A stretch of 64,000 nucleotides of DNA from an uncultured delta proteobacterium (GCA_963806225.1 CAWDXG010000004.1:3392001-3456000), one strand, 5' to 3'; positions 30,135-40,336 are shown, counted from the first letter of the stretch. A program made the numbers and translations. Notes: generated from the sequence alone by a model not told the origin.

Positions 30135-30944
30135 GCCTGCGTTGTCGGCTCTTCGATCGGCCACACGTCGCCCCAGAGCGAGCCGCCGCCGTCGATGTAG
30201 TACGTGGAGCCCGTCACGAAGTCGTTCTGGTCACTCGCGAGGAACACGATCACGCGGCTGACCTCTTCGACCGTGCCCAGCCGCTTGAGCGGCGTGGCGC
30301 GCCGCGACAGCTCGAGCGCGTCGTCGCCGTACTGGGCGGTGCCGCTGGAGCGGATCGTACCCGGCGCGCAGGCGTTGACGCGGATGCCGTGGGTCGCCCA
30401 CTCCACGGCGAGGGTCTTCGTCATGTTCTCGACGCCGGCCCGCGCCGCGCCGGTGTGGACCATGCCCGGAAAGCCCCGCGCGATGTCGGCGATCACGTTC
30501 ACGATGCGCCCGCGCTTCGCCGGTATCATCGCCAGATTGGCGGTTGCGTGGGTCATGTAGAAAAGCCCGTTGAGGTTGTTCTTGATGACCGCATCGCAAG
30601 CCACGCGGTGAAAGCAGGTGCGCAGGGCTGGGGAACTGGCCGCCCGCGTTGTTGATCAGGATATCGACCTTGCCGAAGCGCTCGAGCACCTGGTTCACGA
30701 AGCCGGCGCAGGCGTCGTAGTCGCGGATGTCGAGCGTGAACCCGGCCGCCTCGCCGCCCAGCTCCTCGAGCGACTGGACGCCGGCATCGATGTTCTCCTG
30801 CTTGCGGCTGCCGATCGCGACGCGCGCGCCGAGCCAGCAGAGCTCGCGGGCCGTGGCCAGGCCGATGCCAGTTCCGCCGCCGGTGACGATCGCGACCTGG
30901 CCCTCGAACAGCCCTCTTTCGTAGATGCTGAGGTAGTCCGCCAC
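30131..30944 (-). CDS. SDR oxidoreductase (enoyl/dienoyl-CoA reductase-like), frameshift near 30600
   Basis: TGGGTGIG, NNAGGQF, HTGAARAGVENMTKTLAVEW. Confidence 0.9.
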
Positions 30945-30997
30945 GGCCGGTCAGTACAACGACCGCGCGCCCGGCGCCACTCGGCTGATGGCTCGGT

Positions 30998-31525
30998 TCA
31001 GGCCACGTCGGCCTGGGGACCGGCATAGGCCAGAGGCTGGGCAGGAACGCGCCGGACCACGCCGGACGCCGGTGCCTCGACCTTCTCTGCGTCGGCGAAG
31101 CGCACGAGCACCTGGACGCGCGAGCTATCCAGCTGGGACATGAGCGTCCCGGCGAGTGCCAGCAGCTCGTGGCGTCCCGCGTCGGACAACGTCGAGGGCA
31201 CCTCGAACACGAGCCGCGGCTCGTGCGCAGCGCTCATCCCGCGCAACATCGCGCGAGCCATGAGGCAGCGCGACGTGAACACGTCGTCGTCGGTCGCGTC
31301 GCTGGCCACGAATACGCCGGCCTCGAGCGGCGTCCCCTGGCGGGTCAGCCGCTCGATTCTACGAGCCACCCGGAGCGCGAGCTCCGCCGGCGTCTCGTCG
31401 TGCTGCTGCGCCACCACGGCCCGCAGGCACGCGTCGCAGATCCCGTTCTGGTCGAGCGCCTGCAGGGGCGGGACCCCCTGCTCCACGACCACGATGCACG
31501 CCCCCCTGTCCTGCTGTTCGTTCAT
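30998..31525 (-). CDS. Hypothetical protein
   Basis: Clean 175-aa ORF with an upstream sigma54-like promoter. Confidence 0.7.
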   Translation of the reverse strand: MNEQQDRGACIVVVEQGVPPLQALDQNGICDACLRAVVAQQHDETPAELALRVARRIERLTRQGTPLEAGVFVASDATDDDVFTSRCLMARAMLRGMSAAHEPRLVFEVPSTLSDAGRHELLALAGTLMSQLDSSRVQVLVRFADAEKVEAPASGVVRRVPAQPLAYAGPQADVA

Positions 31526-31566
31526 TCGCTTGCCCCCACCTCACTGCGTTCAGCACTGGGCGCCCC

Positions 31567-31582
31567 TGCAGCATCCGTGCCT
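31567..31582 (-). promoter_or_regulatory. Putative sigma54 promoter
   Basis: AGGCACGGATGCTGCA (GG-N10-GC), with an A-tract and inverted repeats further upstream. Confidence 0.55.
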
Positions 31583-31759
31583 GCAAGCCATTGAAGAGAT
31601 TCGGGAAAAAAAGCACTGCACGTGGTTGGGCTGCCACCGTTTCGACACGTGGCGGAACGCCACGATGGTTCGTTTCTGCCCCACGTCGCGGGGCCCTGCG
31701 CAGCACCCTTGGCCATTCTAGCATTTCTTTATCGGAAAAGTGCACAATACTTTTCCCGC

Positions 31760-32015
31760 CGTCGCCGGCGAGCTGGCCGGACCGTCGCCCGGCGCGGTCG
31801 TGGCCCGCGCGCTGGAGACATTCGCGCACGACGTCGCCATCAGCTTCAGCGGGGCCGAGGACGTGCAGCTCGTCGAGTACGCGCAGCAGAGCGGGCGTCC
31901 GTTCCGGGTTCGGCAGCGAGCCCTGCACCCGCGCGGTGCTGCCCGGCCCAACACGAGCGCGACGGTCGCGGGTGGTGGGGGCACGCCGCCGACAAGTAAT
32001 GCGGCCTGCGTCGCG
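31760..32015 (+). pseudogene. cysH: APS/PAPS reductase remnant with a large internal deletion
   Basis: N-terminal ALETFAHDVAISFSGAEDV...GRPFRV is joined to C-terminal GSEPCTRAVLPG/QHERDGR.WW...K*CGL. Confidence 0.8.
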
Positions 32016-32150
32016 CCCAGTCGCCGGACAAGGCCCGCGCGGGCTAGGGCCGCGCGGCGCCGGCGCCGCTCTGTTCTATTGGTCTTTCGTGCCCGTCCAA
32101 GCTAACGGCTTACGCCAGGAGCTAACAGCCAAGGCCGAAGGGGTACGCAG

Positions 32151-33542
32151 TTGAGCGAGCAGACGGAGCCGGAATTCGACGGCTGCAGAATCGTCCACAA
32201 GCTCAGCTCGGGTCCGATCGCGGACGTGTACCAGGCGACCCAGCAGCCGCTGGGGCGACCGGTGCTGATCAAGGCACTGAGCCCGAGCATTCTGCCCTCG
32301 TCTCCGTTCGCTGCGACGCTCGAGCGCGAAGCCAGACTGCTGGCCGAGCTCAATCACCCCTGCGTGCCGCGCGTGTACGACTTCGTCCGCCGCGACGAAC
32401 GCATGTGGCTTGTTCTCGAACACGTCGAGGGATGGAGCCTCGCGGCGCTCGAAGAGAAGATCGGGCCTCTGACGCCGGCGGCGGCCGCGTCCATCGCGCT
32501 CGAGGTCGCGCGAGCACTGGACCATGCGCACCAGCACGGCGTCGTGCATCGCGACGTGCGACCCGCCAACGTCCTGATATCGGATCATGCCGAGGTCAAG
32601 CTGCAGAACTTCGCGGTGGCCACCGACGAACGGCTGCCCACGGCTCCCGAGCTTCTGGACGGCAGCACCAGTTTCGGCGGCCCGGCCTACATGTCGCCCG
32701 AGCAGATCCTGGGCGAGGCGCCGGATCCGCGTAGCGATCTGTTCTCGCTCGGCGTCGTGCTCTACGAGATGCTGAGCGGGCAGCTGCCGTTCGACGCGCC
32801 CGACGAACGCGAAAGGACGCAGCGCATCCGGCACGACCCACCGGCGCCGCTCGGCCGACTGGCACCGCACACGCCGGCATCGCTGGAGCGCATCGTCCAG
32901 CGCTGCCTGGAGAAGATGGCCGGCGATCGCTTCTTCTCGGCGGTGGAGCTGGCCCAGGCGCTCGAGGGCGTGCTCGTGGAGCTCGACACGCCAGCGCCCC
33001 GGAAAAACATCGCGCGCATGCTGTTCGACGCGGACCTGATCGCCTCACCGCCCGGCGGCGACAGCGGAGCTGCCCCGCCGCTGGGCGTGGCGCCGCGCCG
33101 CACATCGCTGATGCCGGCACTCGGCGGCCTCTTGGTGTGCTTCGGCCTGATCGCCGTCGGCGGCGGCGCGTTCGGCTATTTCACCTGGAAGAACGACCGG
33201 GCCAGCACGGGCCGCCACGGCAGTACGCGACTCGAGCTGGAGCCGCGCCACGCAGGCTATCTTCGCGTGGTTGCGGAGCCGTGGGCCGTCGTGTTCGTCG
33301 ACGGACAGAAGATCGAGACCACTCCCTTCGCGCGACCGATCCCGCTCGCGGCGGGCACACACTACGTCAAGCTGGAGCACCCCGACGCCCCGACCGAACG
33401 GCGCACGGTCACGCTCGTCGCCGACGAGACGGTGCTGCTCGACGTGAAGATGAACGTCGAAGCTCCGCCGGCGTCCGATGCCGGCGACGGGGGACAGCTG
33501 GACGCCGGCGACGCCGGCGGGGACGCGCGCCCCTCGCCCTGA
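32151..33542 (+). CDS. Hanks-type kinase-like protein (probable pseudokinase) with TM and a PEGA-like domain
   Basis: VLIK, HRDVRPAN, NFA in place of DFG, YMSPEQ, SDLFSLG. Confidence 0.85.
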   Translation: MSEQTEPEFDGCRIVHKLSSGPIADVYQATQQPLGRPVLIKALSPSILPSSPFAATLEREARLLAELNHPCVPRVYDFVRRDERMWLVLEHVEGWSLAALEEKIGPLTPAAAASIALEVARALDHAHQHGVVHRDVRPANVLISDHAEVKLQNFAVATDERLPTAPELLDGSTSFGGPAYMSPEQILGEAPDPRSDLFSLGVVLYEMLSGQLPFDAPDERERTQRIRHDPPAPLGRLAPHTPASLERIVQRCLEKMAGDRFFSAVELAQALEGVLVELDTPAPRKNIARMLFDADLIASPPGGDSGAAPPLGVAPRRTSLMPALGGLLVCFGLIAVGGGAFGYFTWKNDRASTGRHGSTRLELEPRHAGYLRVVAEPWAVVFVDGQKIETTPFARPIPLAAGTHYVKLEHPDAPTERRTVTLVADETVLLDVKMNVEAPPASDAGDGGQLDAGDAGGDARPSP

Positions 33543-33544
33543 AG

Positions 33545-34294
33545 TCAGCCGCTCCGGTTGCGCCAGCGTGCACGTTCTTCCTCGAACTGCCGCGCGAGAC
33601 GCCGCTGTTCCTGAATGAACGCCCCGTAGGTCTTCGGCACGCGGGTGTCCGTACTGAACGCCGAGAGCACTGCCAGCGCCGCCTCGGCGTCGTCAGTAGC
33701 GCGGTGCGCCTGTGCGATCTCGATGCCGAGCCGCGCGCACACCTCCCCGAGCGCCTTGCTCTTCTCGTACCTCTGCAGCTCCCGGGCCCACACCAGCGGA
33801 TCGATCCACTCGACGCCCTTGCGGAAGGCTGGCGGCATGTCGCTCCGGGCGGGCCCCGAGCGCTGCAGCTCGGCAACGAGGAAGTTGCGATCGAACTCCG
33901 CGTTGTAGGCGAGCGGTACCGTGCCGGCGAGCGCATCGAGCAACTCGTCGACGATCGCGGCAAACTCCGGCTTGTCCCGTACGTCGTCGTCGCTGATGCC
34001 GTGGATGTCGAAGGCTTCCTTGGGTATCGGGCGCCCAGGGTTCACCAGCCAGACGCGACGGTCGACCGTCTGCCCGCCCCTGTACACCACGCACGCGACT
34101 TCGACGATGCGATCGAGCGCGGGGTCGCGCCCCGTTGTCTCGGTGTCGATCGCAACCATCGCGACGTCGGACATCGGCGTCTCGCCCGAAAACTCGTCCG
34201 CCAAGCCTGCCGCGACGATGCGCAACAGGTGGGCGATGCCCGGATAGTGACGCCCCGTCGGGAAACAGCCGCCCCCGTCGGCGCCCGCTCTCAT
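33545..34294 (-). CDS. DEDDh 3'-5' exonuclease (DnaQ-like)
   Basis: IDTETTG, AYNAEFD, AHRATDDA. Confidence 0.9.
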   Translation of the reverse strand: MRAGADGGGCFPTGRHYPGIAHLLRIVAAGLADEFSGETPMSDVAMVAIDTETTGRDPALDRIVEVACVVYRGGQTVDRRVWLVNPGRPIPKEAFDIHGISDDDVRDKPEFAAIVDELLDALAGTVPLAYNAEFDRNFLVAELQRSGPARSDMPPAFRKGVEWIDPLVWARELQRYEKSKALGEVCARLGIEIAQAHRATDDAEAALAVLSAFSTDTRVPKTYGAFIQEQRRLARQFEEERARWRNRSG

Positions 34295-35364
34295 TTCGAG
34301 CTGCTCGCGGCCTTCGGCGGCAGCCTGGGTGCGGGCGGCATCTTGACGTGCGTCGGCACGGGCGGCTTCGGCGCGGGGGACGCGCTGGGCGCGGCGCTCG
34401 CGCTGGGCGCGGCGGACGTCGCGGGCTTTTTCGCCACCACCTTCTCGGGCGTCACGCTCTTTCCGGTGCGCGTCTTGATCTCCAGCTGCACCCAGCGGTC
34501 CAGATCCTTGCCGAAGTCGAATTGGCCCAGCTTGAAGTGGCGACCGTTGATGTAGATGAGCGGCGTTCCCTCGAGCCCGAGCTTGTCGCCTTCCTTGCGA
34601 TCGCGCGCAACCAGGTCGGCCACGGCTTCGCTCTGCCAATCGGCCTTGAACTTCTTCATGTCGAGGCCGAGGTCGCGCGCGAGCTTCTCGATGCTGAGCT
34701 TGTCGAGACCCTTTTCCTGGTTCTTGAACAGCGCATCGTGCATCTGCCAGAACTTGCCCTGCTTGCCCGCCGCCACCGCGGCGCGCGCCGCGATCTCGGA
34801 ATTCTGGTGGATGCTGAGCGGGTAGTTCTTGAAGACCAGGCGGATCTTGCCGGGGAACGCCTTGAACAGCTTGTCGAGCGCCGGCGCCGCCCGACCGCAG
34901 AACGGACACTCGTAGTCCGCCCACTCGACGATCGTGACCGGCGCGTCCGCGGGACCCTTGACCGGAGAGTTGTCGGTGGGGATCGACTTGACCTGGTCGG
35001 GCGCAAACCGGGTGCGGAAAGCGGCCTCCACCTGCGAACGGGCGTTGCCCTTGCGGACGCGGTCGGCGAGGAACTTCGCCGCCGGCAGGCACAGGTCACA
35101 GCTCCGCGATTCCTTGACGCACTGCGCGATGTTGACCGGCTGATCCGGACAGGGCGAGTACAGCTCGGTCACGTAGCTGGACCACTCGCGCTTCTCGCGG
35201 GCGGTGAGGTTCGAGGTGTCGACTCCCGGGAGCGTGACCACCGTCGCGCCCTCCGGGGTCGGGCTGGGGCCCTTGCCTGCCTCGCCGGGGGAACGGCAGG
35301 TCGTGAGCTTGAAATTCAGCAGGGCCAGGGTCATCAGGGCCCCTGCGGCTCGCAAGCTGAGCAT
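34291..35364 (-). CDS. DsbA/thioredoxin-domain protein
   Basis: GPADAPVTIVEWADYECPFC, GLEGTP. Confidence 0.88.
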   Translation of the reverse strand: MLSLRAAGALMTLALLNFKLTTCRSPGEAGKGPSPTPEGATVVTLPGVDTSNLTAREKREWSSYVTELYSPCPDQPVNIAQCVKESRSCDLCLPAAKFLADRVRKGNARSQVEAAFRTRFAPDQVKSIPTDNSPVKGPADAPVTIVEWADYECPFCGRAAPALDKLFKAFPGKIRLVFKNYPLSIHQNSEIAARAAVAAGKQGKFWQMHDALFKNQEKGLDKLSIEKLARDLGLDMKKFKADWQSEAVADLVARDRKEGDKLGLEGTPLIYINGRHFKLGQFDFGKDLDRWVQLEIKTRTGKSVTPEKVVAKKPATSAAPSASAAPSASPAPKPPVPTHVKMPPAPRLPPKAASSSK

Positions 35365-35482
35365 TGCCCGGGGGAGCGTAGTGCCGCTCGCCGGAAGTTC
35401 AAACGCGAAATTCCTCACGGCTCCGCGGCCGGTCGAATCGGGGCGGTGCGCGAGCCGCCGGATGTGAGGTAGATCCGGGGAC

Positions 35483-37063
35483 ATGTCCGACAGCGGCCAC
35501 GAGGCGGAACCGCCCAGCGTTCTGCCGCCCCGCGCGGTCCGCCACGTCATCGCCGTCGGGGGCGGCCGCGGCGGCGTGGGCAAGAGCGTCGTGGCATCGA
35601 ACCTCGGCGTATACCTCGCGCAGCTGGGCCGGACCGTGCTCCTGATCGACGCGGACCCCGCCGGCGCCGAGCTGCACACGATGCTCGGAGTCGACCTGCC
35701 GTCGGCGTCGCCGAGCCGTGACGAACCGGTCGAGGACGATCTGACGCCCGTCCAGACCCCCGTGCCGGGCCTGCTGCTGTTGCCGCAGATGTACACGGTC
35801 GGCTCGACCGTGCCGGTGCGTCCGGGGCGCAAGCCGCGCTGGGCGCGGCGGCTCCGGCAGCTCGACGTGGACTACGTGCTGCTCGATCTGGGCGCGGGAA
35901 CGGCGCCGGCGACGCTCGACCTCTTCCTCGGCGCTGACCTCGGCCTGTGCGTCGTCGGGCCGGAGCCTCCAAGCGTGGAGGCGACCTACCGCTTCCAGCG
36001 AGCCCTCTTCCAGCGCCGGATCCGGCGCACGCTGGTCAAGGATCGCTTCAAGATGCGGCTGGTAGAACGGGCGCAGGCGGCGCTGCCGCCGTTGCCGGCC
36101 CCGCAGGATCTGGTCCGCGCGCTGGCGCGCTACGACACGGTCCTCGGCGAGCTCGCGGCGACGGAGCTCAGCAAGCTTAGACCGCGTCTGGTCGTCAACG
36201 GGGTGCGACTGCGCACCGACAGCGACCTGGGACCCGCGATGTGCGACATGGCGCAGCGCTATCTGGGCGTGAGCCTCGACTACGTCGGCCACATCGAGCA
36301 GGACGACTCCGTCTGGCTCAGCGTGGTGCGCCGCCGCCCTCTTCTCATCGACAGCCCGACCAGCAAGAGCGCACGCAATCTGGAGCGGATCGCCCGCCGC
36401 GTGCTGGCGCTGGCCACGACGCGGGAGCAGGCGCGCATCGCCGACCCTATCCCGCTCGTCCCGCTGGAGCCCAATCTGTACGACGTCCTGTGGACGCACC
36501 GCACGGCCACCGACGAGGAGCTGAGACGGGCCTACAAGAGGCAGCGCGAGCTCTACCAACCCGGCAGCCTCGCGCTCACGTCCCTTCTGGGCGAAGAGGG
36601 GCTCCGGAGCGAGCAGGCGCGCATCGAGGAAGCCCACGACACGTTGCTCGACCCGCTGCGCCGTCGCGCCTACGACGTCTCCACCTTCCCGGAGGAAGAA
36701 GAGGACCGGCCCGCGCAGAGTGGCGCCATCGACGCCGCCCTCGCCGCCGAACGGGCCATGCTCAGACAGGAGCTGGTGCGCGAGATCAACGCCGAAACGG
36801 TGTTCACAGGCGCGCTCCTCGGCAAGGTGCGCGAATCGCAGGGGATCGAGATCGAGGAAATCGCGAACCACACGAAGATCTCGGGGGCGCACCTGCGCGC
36901 CATCGAGGCGGAGGACTTCCGGAACCTGCCTGCGTTGGTGTACACGCGCGGCTTCGTGCAGCAGGTCGCCAAGTACCTGCAGCTCGATCCAGCACAGGTC
37001 TCGCGGACGTATCTCAGGCGGATGCGCGAATGGCGCGCGGCATCCGGAGAGGACAGCCCGTAG
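35483..37063 (+). CDS. MinD/FleN-like ATPase fused to a J-like domain and a RodZ-type HTH
   Basis: GGRGGVGKS, LLIDAD, LDLGAG; NLYDVL...ELRRAYKR...EAHDTLLDPLRRRAYD; IEAEDFRNLPALVYTRGFV. Confidence 0.85.
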   Translation: MSDSGHEAEPPSVLPPRAVRHVIAVGGGRGGVGKSVVASNLGVYLAQLGRTVLLIDADPAGAELHTMLGVDLPSASPSRDEPVEDDLTPVQTPVPGLLLLPQMYTVGSTVPVRPGRKPRWARRLRQLDVDYVLLDLGAGTAPATLDLFLGADLGLCVVGPEPPSVEATYRFQRALFQRRIRRTLVKDRFKMRLVERAQAALPPLPAPQDLVRALARYDTVLGELAATELSKLRPRLVVNGVRLRTDSDLGPAMCDMAQRYLGVSLDYVGHIEQDDSVWLSVVRRRPLLIDSPTSKSARNLERIARRVLALATTREQARIADPIPLVPLEPNLYDVLWTHRTATDEELRRAYKRQRELYQPGSLALTSLLGEEGLRSEQARIEEAHDTLLDPLRRRAYDVSTFPEEEEDRPAQSGAIDAALAAERAMLRQELVREINAETVFTGALLGKVRESQGIEIEEIANHTKISGAHLRAIEAEDFRNLPALVYTRGFVQQVAKYLQLDPAQVSRTYLRRMREWRAASGEDSP

Positions 37064-37070
37064 CGCCGCC

Positions 37071-38504
37071 ATGCCCGAGGTTGCTACCCCGGCGGCCGAG
37101 GCCCGCACGGCCGCGGCGCATGCGCCCGCGGCGCACGACGACTGGCTGTTCTCGGTGGTCGTGGGTCTGGTCGCCCTGCTGCCCAGGCTCTTCGTAGCCA
37201 TCGCGTGGGCGCGAGAGCCGGTCTGGGACGGGCACTACTATCACTTCGGCGCCGAGCGCATCGCCAAGGGGCTCGGCTACTCCGAGGACGTGATCGTCAA
37301 CGGTCACGCGCTGTGGAAACCGTGGGCCCACTACCCCGTTGGCTACAGCGGCCTACTAGCGGGCGCGTACCGCATCTTCGGCTCCAGCCTGGTGGTCGCG
37401 CCCATCGTCAACGCGATCATCGGGACGCTGCTGGTCATCGTCGTCCACCGGCTCGGCCGCTACTACCTCGGAACCAACCGCGCACGCGTAGCAGCGGGCA
37501 TCACCGCGCTGCATCCCGGGCTCATCGCCTACTGTGCGGTCGTGATGACGGAGCCGCTCGCCGCGCTTCTGCTCATGGCAGCGGCGCTGTGCGCGCTGCG
37601 CTGGCGCGGCCAGTGGCTCGGCGTGGTGCTCGCCGGGCTCACGCTGGGCCTCGCCGTGCTCGTGCGACCCTCGGCTCTCCTGGCTGCACCGCTCATCGCC
37701 CTCACCCAGCCGAAGCCCGCCTGGCAGGCACTGCTGCGCGGCGCGCTGGTGACCGCGATCGCGTTCGTGGTGGTGGTGCCCTGGTCGCTGCGCATCTGCC
37801 GGGTGATGGACGGCTGCGCGTTCGTCTCGACGAATGGCGGCTGGAATCTGGCCATCGGCGCCATCACCAGGACCGGCCGCTTCACCACCCTCCACGCCTC
37901 CGACGGCTGCCCCGTGGTGACCGGCCAGGTCGAGCAGGATCGCTGCTGGGCCAAGGTGGGCGAAAAGATCATCCTGGCTCATCCCTGGCACTGGATCGGC
38001 ATGATGCCGAAGAAGCTCGCCGAGAACTTCGACCACGAGTCGTTCGCGATCGAGTACCTGCACGAAGCCGATCCCATCACCTGGCCCGAGCGGCGCCGCG
38101 TCGCGGGGCGCGGTCTTCTGACGCTGTTCCACCGCCTGCTGATGGTCGTAGCGGCGCTCGGCGTGGTGGCGCTCGCGGACTGGCGCAACCAGCCACAACG
38201 CGAGTGGCTCACCCAGCTCGGGCTGGTCGCGCTGGTGTGCGGACTGGGCCTCTTCGCTTTCCTGGATCTCCAGCACCCGTTCTATCTGCTGGTCGTCTTG
38301 ACCCCGTTGATCGGCTTTGTGCCGTTGCCGGGACGCCCGCGCCAGGAGCCGGTGGGCTGGTACCTGCTGGGCCTCATCGCCGTGACCGCCCTCACCCACG
38401 CCGTCTTCTTCGGCGACGACCGCTACCACCTGCTCGTCACCCCCGTGCTGTGCCTGCTCGCGGCCGCAGCACTGCGTCCCTCGCGGGCGGCCGCAAAGCG
38501 CTAG
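37071..38504 (+). CDS. GT39/ArnT-like polytopic glycosyltransferase
   Basis: VWDGHYY, HYPVGYS, MTEPL, LVRP, RYHL; many TM segments. Confidence 0.75.
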   Translation: MPEVATPAAEARTAAAHAPAAHDDWLFSVVVGLVALLPRLFVAIAWAREPVWDGHYYHFGAERIAKGLGYSEDVIVNGHALWKPWAHYPVGYSGLLAGAYRIFGSSLVVAPIVNAIIGTLLVIVVHRLGRYYLGTNRARVAAGITALHPGLIAYCAVVMTEPLAALLLMAAALCALRWRGQWLGVVLAGLTLGLAVLVRPSALLAAPLIALTQPKPAWQALLRGALVTAIAFVVVVPWSLRICRVMDGCAFVSTNGGWNLAIGAITRTGRFTTLHASDGCPVVTGQVEQDRCWAKVGEKIILAHPWHWIGMMPKKLAENFDHESFAIEYLHEADPITWPERRRVAGRGLLTLFHRLLMVVAALGVVALADWRNQPQREWLTQLGLVALVCGLGLFAFLDLQHPFYLLVVLTPLIGFVPLPGRPRQEPVGWYLLGLIAVTALTHAVFFGDDRYHLLVTPVLCLLAAAALRPSRAAAKR

Positions 38505-38516
38505 ACTGCGCTCGGC

Positions 38517-40313
38517 ATGCGCCCATCCTCGCGCTCCCGCTCCGATCACCGGAGCCTGCCTCCGGCGGGCGTCGGCAAGGAGGAGCTGCGCGCCATCGTG
38601 CTCAAGCCCTACCTGCTCCGGCTGCGCGACGAGCGCGGTGAGCCCGCGGCCCGCGCGCTGCTCAGCACCATCGGCATCCCCACCACCGTGCTCGACAACG
38701 AGACCGCGTGGATCTCGATCGCTGCGGCGCGCCGGGCGCTGTCCGCGCTGGCAACCGCGTTGGGCGACGACGCCATCGCCGAACGCGGCGCCTGGATGAC
38801 CCATCCCGAAACGCTTGGCGCGTACGTCCGCATGCTGCGCGTCGCCTCGAAACCGCTGGATGCGTATGGCTACCTCACGGCGAACGCCGCCGAGACGACC
38901 CGCGTGGGCAGCTACCACCTCGACCAGCTAGGACGCGAACGGGTGCGCATCGTGTACACGCCCCACCCCGACACCGAGGCGGAACAGAACGACCTCTTGA
39001 TGTGCCGGGCGCGGCGCGCCGAGCTGGCCAGCGTGCCACGGCTGTGGGGTCTCGCGGACGCCGAGGTCGAAGAGCAGACGTGCCTGGCTCACGGCGACGC
39101 ATCCTGCACCTACGAGCTTCGCTGGATCCCCGCGGCGCGACGGCGGGGGCCGCTGCCCGGAGCGGCTCTCGGCGGAGTGATGTGCGGCGGGGCGGTGGCC
39201 GCCTCGGGCAGCCTGCTGGCCACCGGTATCGGAGGCGTCGTGGGAGCCGGGCTCGGCGCGTTGATCGGTGTGCTGGCACGCCGCAACGCCCAGGAGCGCG
39301 CCGCACACGTCTTCGAGACGCACCGCATCGCCGCGCTGGAGCGGGGGCTCGAGCTCAGAGGACAGACGCCGGCCCTGCCGGGCGATCTGACCGGCGCCGT
39401 GCTCGGCGGCAAGTACCAGATCCTCCGCAAGATCGGCTCCGGCGGCATCGGCGCCGTGTATGCGGCGGAGCACACGGCACTGGGCTCCGAGGTCGCCATC
39501 AAGGTGCTGCGCGGCGCGGCCGCGGCGGACGCCGCGGAGATCGCCCGGCTGCGGCGCGAAGCGCAGGTGCAGGTGTCGATCGAGCATCCGTGCGTGGTCC
39601 GGACATTCGACCTGGATCAGATGCCGGACGGTTCGATCTACGTCGTGATGGAGCTGCTGCGCGGCATGAGTCTGTCCGAGCGGCTGAAGACCCGCGGGCC
39701 CGTGGCCCCCGGCTTCGGCATCCCCGTGTTCATGCAGGTCTGCCGGGCGCTCGACGCCGCCCACGAGCTCGGCATCGTCCACCGCGACCTGAAGCCCGGA
39801 AACATCTTCATCTGCGAGGACCAGTCGGTGAAGGTGCTCGACTTCGGCATGAGCAAGTTCGCGGAAGCAGAAACACTGACCCAGGACGGCTACACTCTGG
39901 GGACCCCCGAGTACATGTCGCCTGAACAGTGCATCGGGGCGCCCGTCGAACCGCGCTCGGACCTGTATGCCTTCGGCGTCCTGATGTACGAGGCGCTGAC
40001 CGGGGAGATCCCCATCCAGGGCCGGAACCGCCGCGAGCTTCTGGAGCTCCACCAGCGCGCGGTGCCACCGGGCATGCGCGAGCGACGCCCGGACCTCCCG
40101 ATCCCCGAGGCGCTGGACAACGCGGTCATGGCCTGTCTCGCCAAGCGTGCGGCGGAGCGCCCGGCGAACGCACGGGAGCTCGAGCGGATGCTGGCAGCGG
40201 TGCCGCACGAGGGCCTGGTCCGCGACTACCCGCCCGGAACTCCGCGGCGCTACCGGCCCGCCGACGGCCCGGAAAGGAAATTCCGGAACCCGGCGCGCGA
40301 TCGGGGCCGGTGA
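38517..40313 (+). CDS. Ser/Thr kinase with an N-terminal V4R-like sensor and a Gly-rich TM hairpin
   Basis: C...EEQTCLAHGDASCTYELRW; GSGGIG, VAIK, HRDLKPGN, DFG. Confidence 0.88.
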   Translation: MRPSSRSRSDHRSLPPAGVGKEELRAIVLKPYLLRLRDERGEPAARALLSTIGIPTTVLDNETAWISIAAARRALSALATALGDDAIAERGAWMTHPETLGAYVRMLRVASKPLDAYGYLTANAAETTRVGSYHLDQLGRERVRIVYTPHPDTEAEQNDLLMCRARRAELASVPRLWGLADAEVEEQTCLAHGDASCTYELRWIPAARRRGPLPGAALGGVMCGGAVAASGSLLATGIGGVVGAGLGALIGVLARRNAQERAAHVFETHRIAALERGLELRGQTPALPGDLTGAVLGGKYQILRKIGSGGIGAVYAAEHTALGSEVAIKVLRGAAAADAAEIARLRREAQVQVSIEHPCVVRTFDLDQMPDGSIYVVMELLRGMSLSERLKTRGPVAPGFGIPVFMQVCRALDAAHELGIVHRDLKPGNIFICEDQSVKVLDFGMSKFAEAETLTQDGYTLGTPEYMSPEQCIGAPVEPRSDLYAFGVLMYEALTGEIPIQGRNRRELLELHQRAVPPGMRERRPDLPIPEALDNAVMACLAKRAAERPANARELERMLAAVPHEGLVRDYPPGTPRRYRPADGPERKFRNPARDRGR

Positions 40314-40336
40314 TCTGGTCTAGACTGGCTCCGTCG

